Shown: positions 40,303 through 49,517 of the stretch, in pieces
How positions within the stretch are numbered: the first letter of the stretch is position 1
Layout: the number at the start of each line of letters is the position of its first letter
Assembly: GCA_009693575.1 (NCBI GenBank)
Contig: SHWZ01000004.1
Location: 19,166-83,165, forward strand
Direction: 5' to 3'
Origin: Flavobacteriaceae bacterium
GTDB taxonomy: Bacteria; Bacteroidota; Bacteroidia; UKL13-3
Length of the DNA: 64,000 bases
Translations under genes and position numbers: made by a program
Notes under the pieces: model-generated
The model's input: the letters and a program-made list of their open reading frames with translations, nothing else
The model's database searches: none
Told to the model about the DNA's origin: nothing

Positions 40303-41205
40303 TTATTTCAAAGATAAGTACCCCAAAAGCTTGAAACAAAGTTTCGCCATGGTGTATTCGGTTAAAATATCTCCTCTGCGAGGGGCAATCTCAACAATAT
40401 CAAAGCCTATCACATTTTTCTGTTTCATTACTTCCCTTAGAAATTCGATGGTTTCATTCCATAGAAGTCCGTTAGGTTCAGCCGTGCCTACAGCAGGAAC
40501 AATGCTTGGGTCGAATCCATCCGCATCAATGGTGAGATACACATTTTCTCCAAGGGTGGCAATAGCTTCCTTTGCCCAATTCTTATTTCGTCGCACTTGG
40601 TGGGCGTAAAAGGTGTGAATGTTGGCAGAGTCTTTTATTAGTTGGGCTTCTTCGATGCATTGGGCTCGTATGCCAATTTGGGTGAGTGGCACATTCAGGT
40701 CATGCACACGAGCCATCACCGAGGCATGGCTGTATTTGTTACCGTGGTAGCTCTGCCTCAGGTCGCTGTGGGCATCCAATTGTAACACACAGAGGTCGGG
40801 ATATTTTGTCAGGTGGGCTTTCACAAATCCCAAAGTCACTGTATGTTCAGCCCCAAACGATACCACAAACTTGCCGTCTTCAAGAAGTTTTCTAGTTTCC
40901 TTTTCAATGTAATCAATAGCCTTCTTGTCAGTTTTGCCTTTGAAGTCCAAAGGTTTCATCGAGCAAATGCCGCCAATTTTCAAGTAGGTTTCTTGATCAA
41001 GTTCCTCATCGTAAAACTCTACAAACTGGCTGGCTTTCACCATTGCCCCCGGCCCTTTGTGGCTACCACTCAAGTAGCTGCTTGTATATTCGTAAGGCAC
41101 TTGCTGAATAACCGTCTTGCAAGTTTCGTAGCTGTAAAACTTAGGGTCTTCCAAGGCCAAAAAATTGTCTTTGCTATTAAGATAGGTTGTTTTCTTTTTT
41201 GCCAT
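40303..41205 (-). CDS. arginase/agmatinase/formiminoglutamase-family ureohydrolase
   Basis: Mn-binding motifs: LDAHSD, the DADGFDP-like (TIDADGFDPS) motif, and GFDIVE. The ORF track extends to 41259; MAKKKTTYL is the preferred start. Confidence 0.7.
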   Translation of the reverse strand: MAKKKTTYLNSKDNFLALEDPKFYSYETCKTVIQQVPYEYTSSYLSGSHKGPGAMVKASQFVEFYDEELDQETYLKIGGICSMKPLDFKGKTDKKAIDYIEKETRKLLEDGKFVVSFGAEHTVTLGFVKAHLTKYPDLCVLQLDAHSDLRQSYHGNKYSHASVMARVHDLNVPLTQIGIRAQCIEEAQLIKDSANIHTFYAHQVRRNKNWAKEAIATLGENVYLTIDADGFDPSIVPAVGTAEPNGLLWNETIEFLREVMKQKNVIGFDIVEIAPRRGDILTEYTMAKLCFKLLGYLSLK

Positions 41206-41380
41206 AAATAGTTGGCGGCAAAGGTAAGCGGCAGTATGTTTCGAGCCTTGCCTAAGCAACAGGCTCGAAAAAAATCTATTTATTTTAATAGTAGGTTAAT
41301 CGGTTGAAACTAAATGCTTACCCACAGTTGGAAAACTTAGTTTGGGCTTATAAGGGTTAAAATGCTGATATTCGCGGCTA

Positions 41381-42751
41381 ATGTTCAGGGGAATTGTCTG
41401 GGTTGCTCTCTTGTTGGCTGTAAGTGTATCTGCCCAAACGGATACATGCAGCCGCCGCTTTACAGATAAGTTGCTCAGTGGCAAACGCAATGGAACAGCC
41501 CATCTTCACGATTCTTTCTTTGTAAAGGAAATCAAGACATTCTCCATTAAGAAGATTCCGATGGCCGTGATTTTAGAGAATGGTTTTGGCCAAAGCAAGC
41601 TAAAGAACCCACACCTTTGGAAGCCCGACTACAACAAAATAGAGGTGACGAATGTGGAGATGATTTTCAGTAAGTACCCCAACAAGGGTAAGGATTGGGA
41701 CGCCGGATTTAACAAACTATTGGGTGAAAGACTCAAAGCCTTGTTTGACCTTGACCCTCGCCTCAATTGCCAAAGGATAAAATACAGCATCTTGGTACAG
41801 ACCGCCTTTAATTGTGATAGCATGGCTCGTGCTGCTTTTCATGGCATTGTTATCAAATACAAAAGGGCTAAGAAGAAACCAATTGTAAAGCCTGTTATTA
41901 ATAAGGATTCGCTACAAAAGATATCATACCACAAACAAGTGGAGCAATTCATCAAAGACCAAGGCGGGTTGCAGGATAGCACGGCATTCAAAGTTTTTGA
42001 CCGACACCCAGAATGGAAGAAAAGTCTGATAGTAATGGATTGGACCAGTAGCATGTATCCCTACGGTGCTTCGGTGGTGCTTTGGCATGCCTTACACCAC
42101 AATAGCTCTGGAATCAAATTCTATACTTTTTTCAATGATGGAGACAACAAGCCCGAATATGCCAAAGTGATGGGCTACACTGGCGGCATCTACCATGCCG
42201 AGGCCGATGACCTCGATGAGGTGATAAAGCTATTCAGATTGGTGATGCGGAAAGGAACAGGTGGCGACATAGCCGAGAACGACATAGAAGCTTTGATAGA
42301 AGCACAAAAGGAATATCCAAACTTCAACCAACTAATCTTGATAGCCGATAACTCAGCCTGTGTGCGAGACTTCAAATTGAGCGACAGCATTAAGGTACCA
42401 GTGAAAATTATCCTCTGCGGCACCTCCAGAGGCATCAACCCCATGTTCCTGAACTTGGCAGCCAAGACCCGTGGCAGCCTGCACACCATTGAAGAAGATA
42501 TACTGCTGATGGCGGACTCAATGAACCAAGACCACATAGTAATTGGTGGATGGGATTTTAGCAAAAACATGGACGGCATCTATGTGCCCACCGACCCCAA
42601 GCGGGAGATGGAGTGTATGCAATACTACGATTTCAACCGCGAACAGCCCCAAAAGCAAGTCCCCAAAGACAAGAAAAAGCAAAACGACCTGCCAAAGCCT
42701 GATGAAAAGCTATCAGCCTGGCAGCGGCTATTGAAAAAGTTAAGGCTATGA
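41381..42751 (+). CDS. secreted vWA-like domain protein (hypothetical)
   Basis: Signal MFRGIVWVALLLAVSVSAQ. A region LIVMDWTSSM...LILIADNSA resembles a vWA MIDAS fold. Lys-rich C-terminus. Confidence 0.4.
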   Translation: MFRGIVWVALLLAVSVSAQTDTCSRRFTDKLLSGKRNGTAHLHDSFFVKEIKTFSIKKIPMAVILENGFGQSKLKNPHLWKPDYNKIEVTNVEMIFSKYPNKGKDWDAGFNKLLGERLKALFDLDPRLNCQRIKYSILVQTAFNCDSMARAAFHGIVIKYKRAKKKPIVKPVINKDSLQKISYHKQVEQFIKDQGGLQDSTAFKVFDRHPEWKKSLIVMDWTSSMYPYGASVVLWHALHHNSSGIKFYTFFNDGDNKPEYAKVMGYTGGIYHAEADDLDEVIKLFRLVMRKGTGGDIAENDIEALIEAQKEYPNFNQLILIADNSACVRDFKLSDSIKVPVKIILCGTSRGINPMFLNLAAKTRGSLHTIEEDILLMADSMNQDHIVIGGWDFSKNMDGIYVPTDPKREMECMQYYDFNREQPQKQVPKDKKKQNDLPKPDEKLSAWQRLLKKLRL

Positions 42752-42766
42752 AATCTTAAAAAAATA

Positions 42767-45292
42767 ATGAAAAAACACCTACTACCTGTCCTCATTCTCA
42801 CATTCTCAACTTACCGCATTGGCACTGCCCAAACAGTGAGCAGCCACGACAGCTATGTGCGTGATGCAGCCCGTAGCCGCGAACACCCAGTCGACATGCA
42901 AAAAATGGTGCTGAATGTAAAGTTTGAACCCAAAGAGGGCAAGGTCATTGGATCCGTGACCCATGAGTTTGTGCCCATTCAGCAATATGTGGACAGCATT
43001 TATTTCGACGCCCCTGGCATTACCATAAACAAAGCCACACTTGAGCAGGTGATAACCCACGAAAAGGGTACGAAAAAACGCAAGAAAGGAGACTACCCAA
43101 AGAACCCAGAGGTACTTCCTGACTACATTATGAAATTGAAGGTGGTAAAGTTTAGCACGGACAAGGGCGGTATCATGGTGTACACGCCCGGGATGGACTG
43201 GAAAACCCGCTACCGAATACGTTTTGAATATGAAGCGACGCCAAAGCGAGGCATATACTTCATGGGCTGGAATGAGCCGACCGCCGAAACAAAGCTAGCT
43301 GAGTGGGGACATGTGCGAAACCAGATATGGACCCAGGGGCAGGGAATTGACAACCGCCACTGGATACCGTGCTATGACGAAAGCAACGACAAGCTCATAA
43401 CAGAAACGTATATCACTTTCAACAAAAACTATAAAGTGCTGAGCAACGGCCTGATGTTGGACAAAAAGGAGAACATCGCCGACAACACTACCACTTGGCA
43501 TTACACCATGAGCCAGCCCCACGCCAGTTACTTGCTGATGATTGCCATCGACAAATACGAAGTGAAAAGCACTAAATCTGCCAGGGGAGTGCCGGTCAAT
43601 TTTTGGTATTATCCTGAGTTTGCTACCGATAGGCTTGAACCTAGCAGCATATACACTGAGCAAATGGTTGATTTCATGGAAGAAGAACTGGGAGTGAACT
43701 ACCCTTGGGAAAGCTACAGCCAGGTGATGGTGCAGGATTTTATTTATGGAGCCATGGAAAACACCACAGCCACCATCTTCGGCGATTTCTTCTACGTGGA
43801 CAAACGTGCGTTTTTGGAGCGGAATTACATCGGAGTGAACATGCACGAATTCACGCACCAATGGTTTGGCGACTATGTGACTGCCCGCCACGGACGCGAC
43901 ACTTGGCTGCAAGAAAGCTTTGCAACGCATTACCCCAAATACTTTTTCCGCAGCATTTATGGCGAAGATTTTTTTCAATGGCAACGCCGAGGCGAACTGA
44001 CCCAAATATTGGATGCCGAAAAAAAAGACCGATTGCCTATCACCAATTCGCAGAGCGGCACTGCACGAGTATATCCAAAAGGCTCTGCTACATTGGATAT
44101 GCTGAGACTTGTATTGGGCAACGAACAATACCGAAAGGTGATTAAACAGTACCTTGAAAAACACTCTTACCGAAATGTAGAAACAAACGACCTTGAACTA
44201 GCTGTGCACGAATGTCTCGGCTTGAATCTCGATTGGTTTTTCGATCAGTGGCTTTATCGTGGCGGTGTGCCACATTACCAAGTGAAATGGGAAAAAATTG
44301 GCAGCAATACCCGCATATACATCAATCAAATACAAACAGTGGACGATGTGGTGGGCTATTTCAAAATGCCCGTGGTGGTGCAGGTGGTGTATGCCGATGG
44401 GTCATTGGATAGTAAACGTATACTGAACGAAGGCAAGAACCAAATGATTGATATACCAAACACCGGCAGCATGCAGGTGGCCTATGTATTGTTCGACCCC
44501 AATTCACAAATCATCAAAAACCTAACATTTGTCCGCACCTATAAGGAACTGGAAGCCCAGGCCAAACTATCCGCGAACATGATGGATAGGTACGATGCCA
44601 TCCTTGCCCTACGTGACACTGCTGCCGACACCAAACGCGAACTGCTGATGAACCGTTTTCAGATGGAAACTTTTCAAAGCATAAAGGTAGAAATAGTGAA
44701 CCAACTGGCCAAGGATTCCGACCCAAAAATAATACCCTTTGTGAACGATGCCCTGAGCGATGCCGATGTGAACGTGCGGATGGCTGCTCTCAATGCCATT
44801 GACAAAATGAGCGACCTCCGCCGTCAGTTGGTCGAGAAGATGCTGACTGATTCTGCTTACGGGATAGTGGAAAAGGCTTTGGACAAGCTGTGTACTCAAT
44901 TTCCACAGAACACTGACAAGTATCTCGATATTACCAAAAACGACCTTGGGATGGGCAACAGTAGCCGAATGAAATGGCTGGAACTAGCCATACGAAGTGG
45001 CCAAAAGCAGTATGTGCCCACCCTCATTCGCTTTGCAGGTTCGGAATTTGAGTTCCGCACCCGTATCAATGCATTTGCTTCCATCAAAGCACTCAACCAC
45101 TTGGACGATGCCACCTGCAAAGCCCTCTTCTCCGCCATCCTCAGTTGGAATGGCCGCCTAGCCACCCCCGCCACAGAAACCCTGAACTACCTGACCCAGC
45201 AAGCCGCCCACCGAAGCACTGCCGCCAAAACATACGCCGCCATGCCCGATGCCCAACGCACCGAACTGGCTGGTAAGGGAGTGAAGTTTTGA
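42767..45292 (+). CDS. M1 family metallopeptidase with C-terminal HEAT/PBS-type repeats
   Basis: GAMENTTAT and HEFTHQWFGD (HExxH). Signal peptide. C-terminal repeated helical motifs (DPKIIPFVNDALSDADVNVRMAALNAI). Confidence 0.8.
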   Translation: MKKHLLPVLILTFSTYRIGTAQTVSSHDSYVRDAARSREHPVDMQKMVLNVKFEPKEGKVIGSVTHEFVPIQQYVDSIYFDAPGITINKATLEQVITHEKGTKKRKKGDYPKNPEVLPDYIMKLKVVKFSTDKGGIMVYTPGMDWKTRYRIRFEYEATPKRGIYFMGWNEPTAETKLAEWGHVRNQIWTQGQGIDNRHWIPCYDESNDKLITETYITFNKNYKVLSNGLMLDKKENIADNTTTWHYTMSQPHASYLLMIAIDKYEVKSTKSARGVPVNFWYYPEFATDRLEPSSIYTEQMVDFMEEELGVNYPWESYSQVMVQDFIYGAMENTTATIFGDFFYVDKRAFLERNYIGVNMHEFTHQWFGDYVTARHGRDTWLQESFATHYPKYFFRSIYGEDFFQWQRRGELTQILDAEKKDRLPITNSQSGTARVYPKGSATLDMLRLVLGNEQYRKVIKQYLEKHSYRNVETNDLELAVHECLGLNLDWFFDQWLYRGGVPHYQVKWEKIGSNTRIYINQIQTVDDVVGYFKMPVVVQVVYADGSLDSKRILNEGKNQMIDIPNTGSMQVAYVLFDPNSQIIKNLTFVRTYKELEAQAKLSANMMDRYDAILALRDTAADTKRELLMNRFQMETFQSIKVEIVNQLAKDSDPKIIPFVNDALSDADVNVRMAALNAIDKMSDLRRQLVEKMLTDSAYGIVEKALDKLCTQFPQNTDKYLDITKNDLGMGNSSRMKWLELAIRSGQKQYVPTLIRFAGSEFEFRTRINAFASIKALNHLDDATCKALFSAILSWNGRLATPATETLNYLTQQAAHRSTAAKTYAAMPDAQRTELAGKGVKF

Positions 45293-45298
45293 AACTAT

Positions 45299-46027
45299 AT
45301 GGCCTCCACCATTCTCCAAAAACTATTTGGTCCCGATAAGGAACTTGCCCGAAAACTAAAAAACACCTTGGGGTTCAGGGCAGGCAACCTGAACGTGTAT
45401 AAGCAGGCACTGAGGCATACTACCAAATCTGAAAAAATTCGCGAGGATGGATTTACCAATAGCAACGAGCGTTTGGAATACCTTGGCGATGCTGTACTGA
45501 ACCTGGTGGTTGCCGAAATGGTGTTTCTAAAATACCCCTTCAAAGACGAAGGCCACCTTACCCAGATGAGAAGCAAGATAGTGAACCGCCAGAGCATGAA
45601 TACCCTTGCCCGCAAGATTGGGTTGGATCATCTGGTAGTGCTTGATGGTCGCAACTTTACCCACCCCAACGGACTGGAGATGGCCTACGGCAATGCCATG
45701 GAAGCCATCATCGGGGCAGTTTACCTGGACAAGGGCTATCAGAAATCTAAGGATTTTATTTTGAAAATATTGATAGCAAACCACATAGATGTGGACATGC
45801 TGGCACAAACCACAGTCGATTTCAAAAGCAGCCTGCTGAAGTGGGCACAACGTGAGGATAAGCCAGTACGATTTGAAGAAACCGAAGTGGTAAAAAATGG
45901 GAAGCACGAACTACGGAAGATGGTAGTTTATGTAGATGAAAAAATGATAGGCGAGGGCCTTGACCATATAAAAAAGAAAGCAGAACAAATAGCCGCAGAA
46001 AAAGCTTGCAAAGCTTTGCATATTTAA
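45299..46027 (+). CDS. rnc: ribonuclease III
   Basis: ERLEYLGDAVL RNase III signature. C-terminal dsRBD. Confidence 0.9.
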   Translation: MASTILQKLFGPDKELARKLKNTLGFRAGNLNVYKQALRHTTKSEKIREDGFTNSNERLEYLGDAVLNLVVAEMVFLKYPFKDEGHLTQMRSKIVNRQSMNTLARKIGLDHLVVLDGRNFTHPNGLEMAYGNAMEAIIGAVYLDKGYQKSKDFILKILIANHIDVDMLAQTTVDFKSSLLKWAQREDKPVRFEETEVVKNGKHELRKMVVYVDEKMIGEGLDHIKKKAEQIAAEKACKALHI

Positions 46028-46369
46028 CGGAACTGTTCATTGATTTGTACAGTTATATGCATGTCGGTAATACTATTTGCCTTAAGTTAAGTAATTGTTC
46101 CATAAATATGTAGCCTCGAATAATTGCAGTTCCCTTTGCTTATAGAATTATGCCTCAAGACTACATCATCGACAACGTGAACATCCATGGATGCATCCCA
46201 CAGCCAACGTAAAAATGTGCTTGACAAACTCCGAACCCTCGACCACGAATCATCTGACGGCACAGCCCCTGACCTTGAAAAAGGCAAAGAAGGTTGATTT
46301 CCTGCTGCTAAATTTTTCCTTGTTTTCTTTCAATAGGGCAATGCCTTTGGTAGCTACTTTTGCAGCTTA

Positions 46370-46600
46370 ATGGAAATCCTTTCGCAACGTGTACAAACAG
46401 CTCTTGATAGCGTTCGCCCATATCTGAAAGCCGACGGCGGAGATGTGGAACTGGTGGAGATAACCAAAGAAATGGTGGTGAAGCTGCGGATGACTGGCAA
46501 CTGCAGCAGTTGCGATATTAGTCATATCACCATGAAAGCTGGACTGGAGGAAGGGATTCTGAGGGCGGTGCCAGAGATTAAGTCGGTTGTGGCAGTGTGA
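46370..46600 (+). CDS. NifU-like (Nfu) Fe-S cluster assembly domain protein
   Basis: LRMTGNCSSCDIS CxxC motif of the NifU C-terminal domain. 76 aa. Confidence 0.7.
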   Translation: MEILSQRVQTALDSVRPYLKADGGDVELVEITKEMVVKLRMTGNCSSCDISHITMKAGLEEGILRAVPEIKSVVAV

Positions 46601-46675
46601 ATACACTTTATTCCGAAGTTGTTTATCGGATACATTTTCTTAAATCTTGTGTCTTTCAATCCTATATCTTGAATT

Positions 46676-46939
46676 ATGAGTAACCCCGAATGGCTCTGGG
46701 CATTGGCCGCAGTGGTAGTTTACATCCTTACCCGCCTGTTGTTCAAAGGGAAAAATACCAATCAAACAACTATAAAAGCTTGGGCATATCCTGCTATCAT
46801 TGTTGCTGCTTTGGGGGTGTTGGGCTACCGTTTGCTTCAACATTTCAGCCTGCCTCTTTTGTTGCTTTTAATTGGGGGCATCGGAGTAGCCTATTTTGTT
46901 TTCAATTTGCTAAAAGAAGATGCTGATAAGAAAAGCTAA
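46676..46939 (+). CDS. small membrane protein (2 TM), hypothetical
   Basis: Hydrophobic segments. Overlaps the GNAT gene start. Confidence 0.35.
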   Translation: MSNPEWLWALAAVVVYILTRLLFKGKNTNQTTIKAWAYPAIIVAALGVLGYRLLQHFSLPLLLLLIGGIGVAYFVFNLLKEDADKKS

Positions 46940-47423
46940 GACTGAAGACCTGCCGGCAGTGGTTGATATTTACAACCAAAGTATCCCACATCGCATAAGC
47001 ACCGCCGACCTGCATCCACTCTCGGTTGATGACAGGAAAGACTGGTGGGCACATCACCAAAAACCCAACCGCCCGCTGTGGGTATCCGAAACGGATGGAG
47101 AAATTGCCGGCTGGATTGGTTTTCAGGATTTCAAAAGCCGCTGTGCCTACGATACTGCGGTGGAGATAAGCATATACTTGGCCGACAAACATAAAGGAAA
47201 AGGACTCAGTAAACTACTGATGGAACATGCCCTCCAAGAAGCCAAGGCTATTGGTCTAAAGCATATTGCGGCACTTGTGTTTGGCCACAATCTACCAAGC
47301 ATCTCGCTGTTTCAAAAATATGGTTTTGTGCAGTGGGGATTATTGCCTGGCATCGCCGAGCTCGATGGCATCAGACGGGATTTGCTGATACTGGGATGGA
47401 CCTCTGACACTAAGCCAAAATAA
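46920..47423 (+). CDS. GNAT family N-acetyltransferase
   Basis: Acetyl-CoA-binding motif (ADKHKGKGLSKLLMEHAL). 167 aa. Confidence 0.7.
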   Translation: MLIRKAKTEDLPAVVDIYNQSIPHRISTADLHPLSVDDRKDWWAHHQKPNRPLWVSETDGEIAGWIGFQDFKSRCAYDTAVEISIYLADKHKGKGLSKLLMEHALQEAKAIGLKHIAALVFGHNLPSISLFQKYGFVQWGLLPGIAELDGIRRDLLILGWTSDTKPK

Positions 47424-47426
47424 ACC

Positions 47427-48476
47427 CTACTCTATCCAATCCCCGATAAAAAGGTTCGTATCCCTTGTGCCACCATTGTCGCGGTTGCTTGAGAACACCA
47501 ACTTTTTACGGTTTGGCGAGAACATAGGAAAGGCGTTGAAGTTGCTTTGGTGGGTTATCTGTTCAAGTCCGGTACCGTCCAAGTTTATCATGTATAGTTG
47601 AAAATTGTAGCCACGGCTTTCCTTGCTGCTTTTATGGTTGCTGCTAAAAATTATCTTCTTTCCCGATGGGTGAAAAAAAGGAGCCCAATTAGCTTTGCCC
47701 AAAGTGGTAAGTTGCCTCATCCCGCTGCCATCCGCATTCATAACATATATTTCCATATTTGTTGGGGCTACCAGATTCAAAGCAAGCAAGGATTTGTATT
47801 CTGCTATTTCCTCCTCGGTCTTTGGCCTGCTGGCTCTGAAAACAATCTGTTTCCCATCAGGTGAAAAGAAAGCCCCACCATCATAGCCAAGTAAATTGGT
47901 AAGCTGTTTTACATGGCTACCATCCATATCCATACTGTATAAATCTATATCACCATTGCGAGTACTGGTAAAAATAATCTTGTCACCCTTTGGGCTCACA
48001 GTTGCCTCTGCATCATAACCAGGGCTGTTGGTCAGTTGCCGCAGATAGCCTGTCTTCAAGTTCTTCACATATATGTCGAATGTTGGGAACAACCCCCACA
48101 CATATTTGCTTTTGGCACTAGGGGGAACAGGTGGCATCGGTGGACAGGAGGTGTCGGCAGAATGAGTGCTTGCATATAGTATTTCTTTGTTGCCCGGCAT
48201 AAAATAGCTGCAAGTGGTGCGTCCTGTTCCTGTGCTTACCAATTCCTGCTTGCCGTCTTTCTTTTTTAGGTCATACATCCATATCTGATCGCAGGCGATG
48301 CCCACAGCAGGTTGTGTACGTTGGTAGGTGAGTTTTTTATTATCAAAACTAAAATATGCCTCGGCATTGTCACCACCAAATGTTAGTTGGCGTAGATTTT
48401 TCAGGTGCTTTTCGGTGGTGTCTTGTGCTGAAATATTCAACGAAAAAAGAAGGGCAGTTATGTAGATGTATTTCAT
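47427..48476 (-). CDS. TolB-like periplasmic beta-propeller (PD40 repeat) protein
   Basis: Signal peptide. Repeated PD40-type motifs (SPKGDKIIFTSTRNGDIDLYSMDMDGS, SPDGKQIVFRAS, HPSGKKIIFSS). Confidence 0.6.
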   Translation of the reverse strand: MKYIYITALLFSLNISAQDTTEKHLKNLRQLTFGGDNAEAYFSFDNKKLTYQRTQPAVGIACDQIWMYDLKKKDGKQELVSTGTGRTTCSYFMPGNKEILYASTHSADTSCPPMPPVPPSAKSKYVWGLFPTFDIYVKNLKTGYLRQLTNSPGYDAEATVSPKGDKIIFTSTRNGDIDLYSMDMDGSHVKQLTNLLGYDGGAFFSPDGKQIVFRASRPKTEEEIAEYKSLLALNLVAPTNMEIYVMNADGSGMRQLTTLGKANWAPFFHPSGKKIIFSSNHKSSKESRGYNFQLYMINLDGTGLEQITHQSNFNAFPMFSPNRKKLVFSSNRDNGGTRDTNLFIGDWIE

Positions 48477-48524
48477 TATTTCTTAGTATTATTCCCGAAT
48501 CCAATAACTCACTATTCAATCAAT

Positions 48525-49517
48525 TTACAAACTTTTATATTCAAATTTTGGATACCCCTTCTTTCCTTGCGAATCATAAAAATCAAGGAACCTAAATTTG
48601 AAATATTGCCCTTTGTAGTCACGGAGAACGTAGCAATAGTATCTCCTCACGGTGTATTTGTTGGTGCTTCGGTCAAAGTCTTTCCACTCAAAACCGATAT
48701 AATTTTGTTCAGTTTGAAAGGGTAGTTTCTTGGCGGTGGCCAAATCCATCTTATCAAAGCCAATCAATGAATCCTTGAAGCATGAAACTTGATTGGGGTT
48801 AAGCAAAATACCGTTCACAAGATAAGGAAAAATGGGACTCATTTCGTAGTACAAGTGTCGGTAACGAGTGAATAGCAAATGCCAATCATCCGCTGCTGGT
48901 TCAATTTCCAATTGGCCTTGCTCAAAACTGAAATATACAAAATTCTTTGTAGTATTTTTGGGAAGTTCGATACAATGTTGGTCGGCATTGTTCAGGCGAC
49001 AATACCTCATGGAATAATGATTTGCTGTTACTTCAAGCAACTGTATTTTCCAATAACGGTCGGCAGCGGTGTGAAATAACTCACCCTTATCAACCACATA
49101 CACTTGCTTGTGGGAATTGCCCGAAACGGTATCCAACCACAGACCAAAAGCAGTGGAGTCATTGTGCCCGTTGGGGGTATCCCAGTTCATGCTTGCTGGT
49201 ACTTTTATAGTTGGGTTCAACAGAAAAGTATCGTTAAAAGATTTGGCCAATACGAACTTTCCACCGTTCAATACTACATGAAAACCTTTGCTACTGCATT
49301 CGAATCCGAGGTCCCACTCCTCTTGTATAGCATCCTTCCACTTACCTGTTTCTAGGTTAAACCATACTTGTTTGTTGTAGGTTTCGCCCATGCTTACGCT
49401 GGAAATTGCTGAGCCAGTTTTGGGTGGAAGAAAGACTGGCTTATCTTCCTGTTCGCAGGAGATGAAAAGGAGACTAACTCCACACACAAGTGATATAATG
49501 AAGTTTGCTATTTTCAT
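48525..49517 (-). CDS. HmuY-family protein, lipoprotein (putative heme-binding)
   Basis: Lipobox (LLFISC). EEWDLGFE...NGG segment resembles P. gingivalis HmuY NWDMALHRYDVRLNCG. A WHLLFTRYRH motif is shared with the paralog at 51715-53013. C-terminal YKGQYFKFRFLDFYD resembles the HmuY C-terminus. The start abuts the stop of the upstream TonB-dependent receptor. Confidence 0.5.
   Translation of the reverse strand: MKIANFIISLVCGVSLLFISCEQEDKPVFLPPKTGSAISSVSMGETYNKQVWFNLETGKWKDAIQEEWDLGFECSSKGFHVVLNGGKFVLAKSFNDTFLLNPTIKVPASMNWDTPNGHNDSTAFGLWLDTVSGNSHKQVYVVDKGELFHTAADRYWKIQLLEVTANHYSMRYCRLNNADQHCIELPKNTTKNFVYFSFEQGQLEIEPAADDWHLLFTRYRHLYYEMSPIFPYLVNGILLNPNQVSCFKDSLIGFDKMDLATAKKLPFQTEQNYIGFEWKDFDRSTNKYTVRRYYCYVLRDYKGQYFKFRFLDFYDSQGKKGYPKFEYKSL

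Noticed and set aside
43295-44164. 289-aa minus-strand ORF, and other antisense ORFs inside the second M1 peptidase
   Set aside because: Fully embedded, antisense, in a gene that has clear HExxH/GAMEN motifs. Its composition is Cys/His/Phe-rich, typical of antisense artifacts.
46140-46270. Short ORFs (about 20-36 aa, e.g. MDASHSQRKNVLDKLRTLDHESSDGTAPDLEKGKEG) between rnc and nfu
   Set aside because: Too short, and unsupported by any motif. Could be a 5' UTR or promoter region.
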